DNA of 64,000 nt from a virus. The DNA lies in the IMG/VR virus record IMGVR_UViG_3300035698_022389, positions 68,880 through 132,879 of that record; one strand, 5' to 3'. Made by a program: the position numbers and the translations under genes. The notes under the pieces were generated by a model. The model did not search any database, had not been told where the DNA came from, and saw only the letters and a program-made list of their open reading frames with translations. The first letter of the stretch is position 1. Each line of letters opens with the position of its first letter. This document shows, in pieces, positions 51,001 to 60,600 of the stretch.

Positions 51001-53749
51001 TATTGACCATGTTTTATTAGGGTATTATTCGTCAACGATGGGTACTGCACCGGTAACAACAGACCTTCGGTATCCATTATTGGACATTGACCGTCGGTTG
51101 GATATTTTTGTAGGTAATCATAAAACAGGAACAGACACTTCTTTAACAGGTTATCATTTCACATCATTAGCAGATGCCGTAGCCTATGCCAATGAGATTC
51201 AAAACCCAATAGCAGGTCGTCCTGATTATAGAGTAAGAATCCGTGTTGTAGGGTATACCGAGGAAGTCCTTGGGGATTTACCGATTCTGATTAAGACAGA
51301 TGGTTTAACTATTGAAAGTGATCCTTCCCTTGATGCTGATGTAGCTATATCTTGGGCTGCTGATGATAAAGCACTGATTGATTTGAATGGTCATGAGGAT
51401 TTAACTTTTGACGGTTTAAATTTCCGTAGTCTCAGTACAGACTCGGCTAATATAGAGCCTTTTCGGGCAGCTTTCATCAACACTGGTGGTATTTGTAAAC
51501 GGCTCACTATTAACAATTGCCGTTTACATGGTGGTCAAGGTTTCATTACAATGACTGACAATTCTTTTGAAGATGCCATAATTACTAATAATTATTGTGA
51601 AGACCTATTAGATTTTGGTGTTTATTTGATTAACACAGCACCCGATCCTATTACTATGACGGTGGCAGGGGGCACAACCACTACTATTGCCGTTACCTCT
51701 GGTGTGGTTTATGTTGCCTATGGTGTAGATATTATGGTTTTAGGCACATTAGGGGGGACAATTACTTATACTGATGTATTAGGTATAAGCACAATGACAA
51801 TTACAGATACCGCTGGTGTTTATCCTAGTATTTCGGTTAAACCCGATGATGCAGGGAGTGCCGCTCAAGTAAGCTTTGAAGGGGATGGTACTTTAAATGA
51901 TGGTACAAGCACAATTGTGTTCAGTTCTGGTGATTCTGGTATGTTTGCCAATTATGACCTTGCTCCTGCTGCCGATGAGGGCATTATAGCTGTTACTTCC
52001 AGTATATTGGAACGGAGTGTTATTGAAAATAATACATTTATCCAAGCTAGTACTATTGGTAATATGGCTGATAATACCCGAACGATGGGGGCTGCTACAG
52101 CAACAATTCTTGTGGGTGGTGGGATGACCCTTAGAATTGGGGATAATGATGGATCAGCTGCAGTAGGGGCTCCCCCTACTTTGCCTGGGTATATCGACCT
52201 TACGAATGGTGATACTGCTAACCTTACGAACGATGGTGCTGGGACTGTTGATATTATTACACCAGGTCCAACTACAGAACTTCAGATTACTGTTGGTGAA
52301 ATGGTAGCTTTTTATGCTTCTACCACTGGTACAGGTGGTTGGGCAGTTATTACATTTCCAGGTACAGATCCTATTCAAATCACCGAAGACACTTTTGGGT
52401 ATCTTTTGGTTGGTGCAACAGAAGTGGACTTCATCCATGGACCAAATACAGGGGCAACTGCCGGTGGTATTGTACTTCATACGGAATTACCAGACGGAGC
52501 AGTGAGTAGTGATTTCTTATTTGCAAGTATTTTAGCCAATATGCATAATGATATTGTTCATAATACCATTCAAGGTTTCCATGTTGGTGTTTCTGCCAAT
52601 ATTATATGGAATTCCCGAATTTGTAATAATGTTATTGAGGATACAAAAAACCTTGGGATTCAAATGGGGATGATGGCAGGTTATTACTCAATCAATGATA
52701 ATGTTTTAGACTCTGTGTTCACAGCTACACAACTAGATGACGAACCTTTCCAATGGCCTGCCCAACAAAATTTTCCTCCTACTGGCAGTTTTATCAATGC
52801 TGCAACTCCACCTATTAAATATGGAATTTATGCAAGTGGTTTTCATAGTGAAGTTGAAAAAAATGTCATTGCAACGTCAAGTTATCTTAGCCCAGCAGGT
52901 GATGAGGAAAAGCCAACTTGGACGTTCCAAGCTATTGATATATACTTGACTGGCTATTGGTTGACTGCTAGAGATAATACTTCGTATTGGTGTGTGGGTG
53001 GTCTTGGTTATGCTTTGAAGTTTGAGGATAACACCATTAGTTACTCAGGGTTTGCAGGTCTTTCAGAAGATGCTTCCATTTTTGTTTTCTCTTCTTATAG
53101 TGTCATTCGAGGTAATTCATGTGGTGGCCATATTTACTTAAATGGTTCAGGATCCTCTGTTGTGGATGCTAATGTTGGTGTTTTGACAGGCATTTATTTA
53201 GCAAATCCCACGCTTGCCTCTAGTATTAGATTAGGGAGTGCAAATTGCACTATTTCTAATAATAAAGTGAACAGCATTTCTCTTACGGGAAATGTTAATA
53301 TTATATACCGTCCTAATTATTGTAGTGTTCAAGGCAATAGTTGTGTTACTCTTTATAATGGGGATTCATTTGATTTAGTAGGCCCAACTAATACACGAAT
53401 CCTAAATAATTATGTTTCTACGAACATTGTTTCATATGATGAGGCAACACATGCCATTATCACAGGTAATACAGTACTCGGAACTATTGATATCTTTGAG
53501 GACTATTGTGTCGTAGGCAATAATCAAGTTGCCATAATTGATGTTAATGCTACCCCTATAACCAACTGGAGGAGAGTGCTTATTTCCTCAAATAATGTCA
53601 GTAATAAAATTACGGGAGAAATAACTTTAAACACTACTCCAATTTATACCTCTGTTATAGGGAATACAGTTCCCACTGGGGGGAAAATGTTTGGGCACAC
53701 GACAGTAGGTGTTCATACTGATTGGGAAGCACATAATATAGAATGGTAA
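48080..53749 (+). CDS. Tail fibre / candidate receptor-binding protein with collagen-like linker and C-terminal parallel beta-helix (1889 aa)
   Basis: Seven Gly-X-Y triplets at 50687-50749, then HFTSLADAVAYA cap and Asn/Ile/Ser-rich xNNxIx repeats to the C-terminus. Confidence 0.62.
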   Translation: MAYDPNKVNLGADLLTNPTASDRDPWQEAFKRFSAVAEASVLRASEAMSGMTGSWAAQYKFGPSVTDNSDQPESTSPSNFSMKCSKLGRPGMPEIDFVPYCHNTNRFGNKGGALLGEPISFQFVGPTPKVGGQNMVWQWVVTAGPVADTLELDDLIVDTSAGPPWSHTTRPVTMDIEALYNIVPATWATRFDGGLYVMITETGYTGEIDPTTPVTGGIGDGALVQDAGIPREPLTPLTSNSKTELFRVTALNIGGSGYLTGFTLDSGKRIEDYFEFNSGGGLDVVRHITLVEPVATRLTAIPDSGAGKGREQVFAFTPPRRALTSEFQMLTSNWITAGALEYPWDEAATVGQDIFDYEYGPSLPVQKPFAEWENVYLTDESVWPLNGPWAVMVIAWDADVSNGDPLPEAGDIIKIHAVHTGDKDLWETSNGRSANWGSLLGYFEVKTVALAAGTVYYVEVRRYVEVNPESGNSMWGLGRMFSNLLVDPYGIQLKCSIHKPVTELWNNPWFDADALDSTRLTNLIDPRWVERNGAISSSSLTERPMGKSPYRPDRAIFDTASSNSGTSGSNADPGNLQNLGFRVVLFPARIKTVPTADGTEDILTPDWNRPITSNEVSIDPTVNAKQYIEVDYANGLVRLSHPPQALAITDPNAGDLAPLEDIFTLGTDDNPRGEMVLFASCVPYTQDIGQRGAGPRITNNTEVLQKGESYDVYGSRTAFDIEVPQTITCYNDVGVTDQQLVLTGLVADQLPPTGFFELFDAGTPVFTTGRVRGSLFGYYGVVETGGNTVLHGVHGGLEVGTDTVTIAVAGQALLRRELYTPNDLYGTAGVSYQNDVSYGSAKRAGTLRFTGVESVVNLDGSITIKIEASGVPGPAGPAGATGATGPVGPAGEGFEELFSSWVFDGGDLTGVWDGLLAYSVDIAATTILFQGSRIVVPLGSLVVGATSSGYIYIDGVTALGVYTYSVSATIPLPDIDHVLLGYYSSTMGTAPVTTDLRYPLLDIDRRLDIFVGNHKTGTDTSLTGYHFTSLADAVAYANEIQNPIAGRPDYRVRIRVVGYTEEVLGDLPILIKTDGLTIESDPSLDADVAISWAADDKALIDLNGHEDLTFDGLNFRSLSTDSANIEPFRAAFINTGGICKRLTINNCRLHGGQGFITMTDNSFEDAIITNNYCEDLLDFGVYLINTAPDPITMTVAGGTTTTIAVTSGVVYVAYGVDIMVLGTLGGTITYTDVLGISTMTITDTAGVYPSISVKPDDAGSAAQVSFEGDGTLNDGTSTIVFSSGDSGMFANYDLAPAADEGIIAVTSSILERSVIENNTFIQASTIGNMADNTRTMGAATATILVGGGMTLRIGDNDGSAAVGAPPTLPGYIDLTNGDTANLTNDGAGTVDIITPGPTTELQITVGEMVAFYASTTGTGGWAVITFPGTDPIQITEDTFGYLLVGATEVDFIHGPNTGATAGGIVLHTELPDGAVSSDFLFASILANMHNDIVHNTIQGFHVGVSANIIWNSRICNNVIEDTKNLGIQMGMMAGYYSINDNVLDSVFTATQLDDEPFQWPAQQNFPPTGSFINAATPPIKYGIYASGFHSEVEKNVIATSSYLSPAGDEEKPTWTFQAIDIYLTGYWLTARDNTSYWCVGGLGYALKFEDNTISYSGFAGLSEDASIFVFSSYSVIRGNSCGGHIYLNGSGSSVVDANVGVLTGIYLANPTLASSIRLGSANCTISNNKVNSISLTGNVNIIYRPNYCSVQGNSCVTLYNGDSFDLVGPTNTRILNNYVSTNIVSYDEATHAIITGNTVLGTIDIFEDYCVVGNNQVAIIDVNATPITNWRRVLISSNNVSNKITGEITLNTTPIYTSVIGNTVPTGGKMFGHTTVGVHTDWEAHNIEW
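50687..50755 (+). repeat. Collagen-like (Gly-X-Y)7 repeat GVPGPAGPAGATGATGPVGPAGE
   Basis: 9-nt periodic GGT codons, read directly from the sequence. Confidence 0.9.
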
Positions 53750-53772
53750 TCAATTGGACTAATGAGGTATAA

Positions 53773-54600
53773 ATGAGAGTTTTTATAGATCAAAAAGACT
53801 TGATAGCAAATGGGTCTTCGGCTAACTTGAAGATTACTCAGGTGGAAAAAACCCCTCCCAACTATGAAGATGGGACTGCCATCAATGGCCAGTTTATCCT
53901 TCCTGTCGTGGATGGTGTTGAGTTTCAAGTTGATTCTGATTCTTACGTTCTCCCAATTGATGGTGAAGATATTAGCAGTCAGGCTTTTGCTCATCTGCTG
54001 GCATCTTTTCCAATGTATGGTCACATCTTCTTTAATCCTCTTATCACTGCTCAGAATCTTGCCTATTCTGAGGGTGGTATTGATTTTTCCAAGACTTTCA
54101 AAGATGTCAGTAATACACCACCTGATCCTCCTGTTTATTATAGCTCTCGGCTTCAAACAGGACGAGAATCTGGTACGGATGCTGGTAATTATCCGACCCA
54201 CACGGCATTACTGTCTCTTAATGATACCGTTGTGCCGAACCGCCCAGGTGTTATGGTTACAAAGGAAATTGATTTGACTCCATATACAGGTATTGATGGA
54301 GCAGATGAGTTTTGTGTGTATTGGAAATTATTTGACTTCACAACCAGTGAGGATTTGGCAGGGGATTATGTGAACGATGTTGTGGGTAACAATACCCCTG
54401 CAATACGTCGAATCTTCGAGGCAGACCCAGAACCCGATGACTTATCTGTTTATGTTTCCCCTGATGATGGGGCTAATTGGTGTGAAGCTGGGTTCCTAGA
54501 ATCTGTTGCGTTCACATCTAAGACTACGAGCATCAGGTTGGCATTTTTGAATCGTGGGAGTAGTAAAATTTTCATCGCTAACTATGGAGTACTTTTTTAA
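53773..54600 (+). CDS. Hypothetical virion protein (275 aa)
   Basis: GAGGT RBS; intact ORF. C-terminal VYVSPDDGANW motif (S/T-x-D-x-G-x-x-W, BNR-like). Confidence 0.6.
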   Translation: MRVFIDQKDLIANGSSANLKITQVEKTPPNYEDGTAINGQFILPVVDGVEFQVDSDSYVLPIDGEDISSQAFAHLLASFPMYGHIFFNPLITAQNLAYSEGGIDFSKTFKDVSNTPPDPPVYYSSRLQTGRESGTDAGNYPTHTALLSLNDTVVPNRPGVMVTKEIDLTPYTGIDGADEFCVYWKLFDFTTSEDLAGDYVNDVVGNNTPAIRRIFEADPEPDDLSVYVSPDDGANWCEAGFLESVAFTSKTTSIRLAFLNRGSSKIFIANYGVLF

Positions 54601-54602
54601 AG

Positions 54603-54644
54603 AGGTGTTATGAGATACAGGTTAAATATCTCTATTGAACACCT
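54603..54644 (+). promoter_or_regulatory. Two-stem intergenic hairpin (AGGTGTT/AACACCT enclosing GAGATA/TATCTC)
   Basis: Inverted repeats read directly. No U-tract follows, so it is not a classical terminator. Confidence 0.45.
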
Positions 54645-54671
54645 ATATTAAACAGGTAAAAGGTAAAGAAC

Positions 54672-57600
54672 ATGAGTAATTACGGATCTGATATATCTCG
54701 GACACTCGATGCTGTTAACAGGCAGTTTTCTAATGTGTTGTTCCGGAGAGGGAAACCACCCCTCGATGCTGAGTATAATCTTCAGGATGATATATGTTCT
54801 GAAGAACTGAGGGATGTCGTGCGAGCGATGATGCCTTCCGGTTTTGTTATGGATCCCACACGTCCTCTGGAAGATTTCCAATTTAATCCTTCCTGGGCAA
54901 ACATGTTCATTTTAGGGAATCCAACCATACAAACTCTTGGTTCAACCACTACAATTGAATCAAATCCTGTTATATGGGCAAATGTCAATGGCTGGATGAT
55001 TCCTGTTGCAGGAACTAACATTAATTCAACCTGGTTGGCAGCTCAAGGTGAACCTACTAATATCGTTCGTTTGAACCCACCACCAGAATCAGATGCACGG
55101 ATTGATTTCGTGTTTCTTGAAGCTTGGCAGACTCGGCTCGATGCAAATCCAGCAACAGCTCATAAGCCTGCTGCTGATAAAATCTGGAAATATGGCAACG
55201 TTGAATTCGGTGGGACTAACCTGACCGATGATCTTGAAGACCCTGCAATTGGGCACCAGACTTCAGCTCGTGTGCAGATTCAGTATAGAATCAGGGTGTT
55301 TGGCTCAGGTGCAGGTCAAGGCATGAGTGCTGATCTGGTGAATTATCCCGACGGATTGGGATACCCTAACATCCTCGGGCAAGGTGCTGCTTCTGATGTG
55401 GTGGCTGGATACCCTTTCCAAAATATGCGTGAAGAACTCGGTGACCCTTCCTTGTGGCGTTCAGGTGATGGCAACCCAACCAATGGAATGGAAACTGTGG
55501 ATGGTTTTTCCTATGCAATCCCTATTTGTGCGGTGTTTCGACGAAATTCACGAGTGTATGTGGCTATGACAGCCTCGGGGAATCCAAACCACAATGGTGG
55601 TTTCAACAGGACTCCTGGAACAGGTCTGTTGCCTAACCCGTTGACAGGTGCTAAAGCTCTGACTATGGCTACTATTGTAGGAGTAGGTGCCCATACAGGG
55701 ATTGCAGCTTCTGATGGTTTCAGTACTGCAGGATTTGCTGTTCCAGCATCTCCTGCTGAAATTCAGATGCCTTATGGTAACTCAGTTGAATTCAGTATCA
55801 CTGTTGCAGGCTTGGCTGGGTCTGGTTTGGATGATGCAGCTCAGAATTGGCCCTATACATACATTAAGATTGGTGATGAGATTCTCAGTGTGGCTTCTGT
55901 GGATACTACAGCACAAACCATTAGAATCCCTGAGAATGGTCGTAGTCGTTTTGGAACTGCCCTAACGGGCCATCTTACTGGCACAGTTATTGAGTTCTAT
56001 AATACCCGACCAGATGACCTGTATTCAGACCAGGTTGATAGCTGTGACATCTTAGATCTCCGTCGAGGGGTCAATGCCAATGATTGGGACTTTGGACGCT
56101 TGTTAGAACGTGGTGTTACCGATCTGTTAACAGGTAAGATGAGAACGGCTTGGAAACGAGAAGGTGCTTCTTATGGTGGTACTCAAGGTCCCGTCATTCA
56201 TGAAGTAGATCATCTTTATGCTTACGACTCAACTCACCCGAATGGCACTGACCCAATTGATGGACCAGATGGTGTTCGTACAGTTTGGTCAGATGCTGCT
56301 GCAATACAGCCTAATGTGACGACTCTTTTGGATAATGCTGCTGTAACTTCAGGTTCAACCCCACAAACTGTTGAATCTTTCAATGCAACGGTTGAATGGG
56401 ACGTAGCTCCCGGTTTTCGTCCGTCCGGTTTCTTGAATACAGGTGGAGGATTAACAGATGAAGAATCCTTCTCGAATGGTTCCGTTCTCTTGTTTCACAT
56501 CGGTGGTGACGATGGTACCGAAGGTGCCCGAGGAACTTTCCGAGATGGAAGTACCAGGGCAGTTCGGTTCCTGATGCCCAAGGAAATGTGGCGGTCTGGA
56601 TATCCTGTTGTAGACCCAGAGAATGGTCAACAGCATCCAATTCAGCTTCGTTTTTTGGGGGAACGAGCTTTTGAACCAGCTCCTGAAAATTTGGATGCTG
56701 TAAAGGCAGCCAGGCACGTTGGCCCTATGTATCCGTGGAAAGATTTATCCTTTGAATACCCTTTCATTGCTTTGGGAGGAATCCTGAATGATGGTGGTTT
56801 GATGCAGATTGACGTTCCTAACACGTCTTTCCGAGCGGCCACTCAATATGATGAAGCTGTCTTTGTGAACTATGACATCATCGAGATTGACCTTAATAGT
56901 TATGATTTCGATATCAACGGAGAGTATGGTTTTTGGATTGACACTGAGCCTACAGGTACGAAACGATTCACAAATAACCCTGCCCGAGTCAGTAAGCCTC
57001 TCTTGAGGGGTGAACAGACACTGTATGGACTCCTAACAGACTATGGCCGTGACCTGACGGGTCTTTCTTCGGAAGTGTACTTAGTCATTTATGGTGATGA
57101 TGAATGGCGTGATAATAACGGTGCTTTCCAAGTTATTGGTGTTGGTACCGAAGGTTACACCACCAATAATGCCCTTAACGGCACGAGTTTGGTTCTTCGT
57201 CCACTATCTGCGGACTTCTCAGGTACTAATTCTTCGGTTGCTAAAACTCTAAGAGTGGAGTTCCGAACTCCTTATCATAATGCTGATGATACTTCAGATG
57301 CCGAGAGTAGAGTAGCAGACTTGGCTATTGTGTTGACAGACCTTGGTGGTATACTGGATAAAGAGATTCAAGTCAGTAATATGACCATTTCAACAGGTGA
57401 TCATCCTTGGAAACGTATTTACTTGGGTGATGTGGCAGGGACAACTTACGATTTGGCTCTTCCTTATGACATTGGGGCTGAGACAGTTAATATTGCAGCC
57501 AGCAAAGCTCTGGTGGATTTGACTTTGATTTATCATCCTGGCCGAGGTTCAATGAACCGTGTGCCAGATGAACTGAACCGTTTTGCTTTGAAAGGCAATA

Positions 57601-60600
57601 ATACTCAGCCTGCCACCGGTGGATATTTAAGAGGGAACCCAGCTAATATCGATACAACTTTCTCGGCTACTTCTGGTGTTCCTTCAAATGAAATTTGGTG
57701 GGATCCAGCTCATGTTCAGTTGTGGAATCGTCTTCCTTCGTTGGGATGGTCGGCTCCTTCTGCTGAAGATTATGGTGGAGATGTTGTTGGTTATACAGAG
57801 CAGGACAGAGAAAACGAACTGTTCTATGACCGTGGTAGCAAGACAGCTATCTTCCGACCCTTCAGGGATCGTCAGATGACCCTTCAGGCTGTCAGTATCC
57901 GAAATGATGGTGGTACCACGGCATTCCCAGATGCAACTACAGGGTTAGAGGGTGCTTTTGATTACCTGACCAAGGTTATTGATAAAGATGCAGGACAACT
58001 TTTCACACCGAATAAGTTTGCAGCATTCCCAGTACCTTTCGAATTCATGCCACGGTTTGGCCGACAGGATATTCCTTACTATGTGGATATCAATTCAGGT
58101 AATGGCCCATTCTTGAGTGGGGTCAACCATTTATTTGTGGATACCGTTAGTGTGACCAATAATATTTTTAATATTATTGGTGGTGAACCAAAGACTTCTG
58201 AAGTTGCCACTTTGATTTTCAGAACGGACACCCCAAATCGTTATGCTGAGTATGATACTTACACAGGCATAGAGAATGAACGGCCTGTGATGTTTGCCCG
58301 TAAAACGACGGATATTAATGTTCCTGTAACTCAATATGGTTTAGAAATACTGGCTCAGTTGGCAGCCGTGAATTCATCTGATTTTGGTAAAGGGCTTAAA
58401 GGAATCCAGCTTCCACCGTACATTGGCCCTGCTCGTGTTCTTGGTGTCTATGAAAAAACAGATTTTGAAGCTAAAGGTGGCCATACTTTTAAAAGTAACC
58501 GCTGGCAGATGGAAGAAGCTGCACCCCCGAACCTGTTGAAAACAGATGCGGATCGTCAGACTTTGTTCATTCTTCAGGATGGGGCAAAAGATTTAACAAC
58601 GGAAAATGGAGACCATACGTACATCATTCCGTCGAATGCCATCGACTTCACCCGATCATTGACATACATTACGGCAGGAGATGCCAGTAAAACTTTCGAT
58701 GATTATGAATATGTGGTGGAATGCACGGTATTTGGGTTTGCCCAAGGATTTATTAACGAAAATAATTATGTCCTGACACGTCGTTTGAACGGCCATGGCG
58801 GAACGAATGTGGATAATTTCTTAGACCCTATTGAATTTGACGACATCCATATGGTTATCCCATGCCCTGCAGGTGACAGTGATCAATTGTACTCGGCTTA
58901 TAATCGAACTGTTTATCAGGGTGATCCTTACTTCTCAGTAAATGGAAGTGCAGCCGACTATACAAACAGGTATGGTCAAATAAGTATTGGTCATCAGTAT
59001 GACATGAGGATTCCAATCCAGCAGTATGATAGTGCTGGGAATTTTGTCCCTCAAATCACCAATCCCAAGTCTTTTGAGGTTTTGGCATCAATGGACTTCT
59101 ACACAACGATGGGAACTGGTAAGATGGGAGGGGATTTCTACTCAGGGACTCCGTTGGATATTGGCCACACAGAATTGAACCTGAATGCTTCTAAACGAAG
59201 CCCAGAGACGAATACCAGCCCAGCTTGGAGAATCCAGCCTCGGACATATTCTGAAGGCCAGAAATCCAATCCCAATAGGGCAGGTTTGAATATCATTTGT
59301 CAAGAGAATGCCAGTTGGTGTGTTGAAGATGACCCTTATAACATGTATATCCGATTCCGGTTTGTATTACTGGATGGAACATTAGTAGACTTGTATGGGT
59401 CAACCTCAGATGCTGAATCCATTTTGACGGCTGTTACCCCGACAGGGCTGGATATTGACTCAGAGGACGTATTTGAGGTGGACACCAGTTCCAAACAGAT
59501 TGTAATGGAGGGTTCTAAACTCCAAAATATTATTGTTCCAGCAGGAGGGTATATTGAGTATACCATGGCTGTGACGGGTGGGACTCCTGTTGATGGTGAC
59601 CATGTGGTTTTCACTTCCTCAAATCTTTATACTGTTGGTGACGGTCGGCTTATTGCCATGTGTAGAGTTGCTGCAGAAGTGGTTGTCACCATTATCGATC
59701 CTGGTGAAGAGATTGAGACATATTTAACTGGGGACGAAACAGTTACACTTCCTAACCCAGTACCGGCTGATTCAACATATTTAGTTTTACCCGAACTGTT
59801 AATTCCGTTGGTCGATTTACCTGATGATGGTTATACTGTAGTTATCGAAGATATGGAACAGGTGGACTCTGCTCCAATAGGATTGATATTTACATGTCAA
59901 TCTGTGGTTGTAGGTTTAAATCTTAATATTCAGATGTTTGTTCATAATGTTTCGGGTAGTCCTATTAATGCAGGTACTACGCGAGTTGTAAGAATCGGTG
60001 TGGCTGGAACCCGGGATGACATCACTGCATCAGATATTGACCTGAGTGTAAAGGTTTTCCAAACCACTGGCAGCATGAGTCAAACGTTGGCAAACTTGAT
60101 GGAGACCATCAATACTCACCTACGACTATATCAAAATGTAAAAGCTCTTGGGGAGGGTGATGATGCTTTGAAACTCATCTCTGTCCCGACGGGAACAGAG
60201 GGGAATGACATTACAGTCACAGCTCAGAGGGTGGGAGTTGACACGTCTACCTCTCCTGTGTCTGTTTTTGGTGAATTCACGGCACAGAATTTAGTTTACC
60301 CTTTGGAAGCTATCCCCTCCAACATGAATCCACAATCGTTTGTGGCTTCATCGTCAACACCTCTAATAGGTGGTGTTAATTTCCCTTTGAATGCTGGGGA
60401 TGGGGCAAGTCAAATCGGTTTGACAGGTATGACAGAGAGATTACCTTTGGGAGCATTGCTTCAAGACAGTGATTTCCTCTGTGAAAACCCTCTGAATGAC
60501 CATGCTTCAGCAGTGAAAACCAGTCCTGTTGGTCCACACCCTCTTCAAACGTTGATGCCGATGACTCAGCAAGGTGAAGAATTTGAACGGTTCAATGGAG

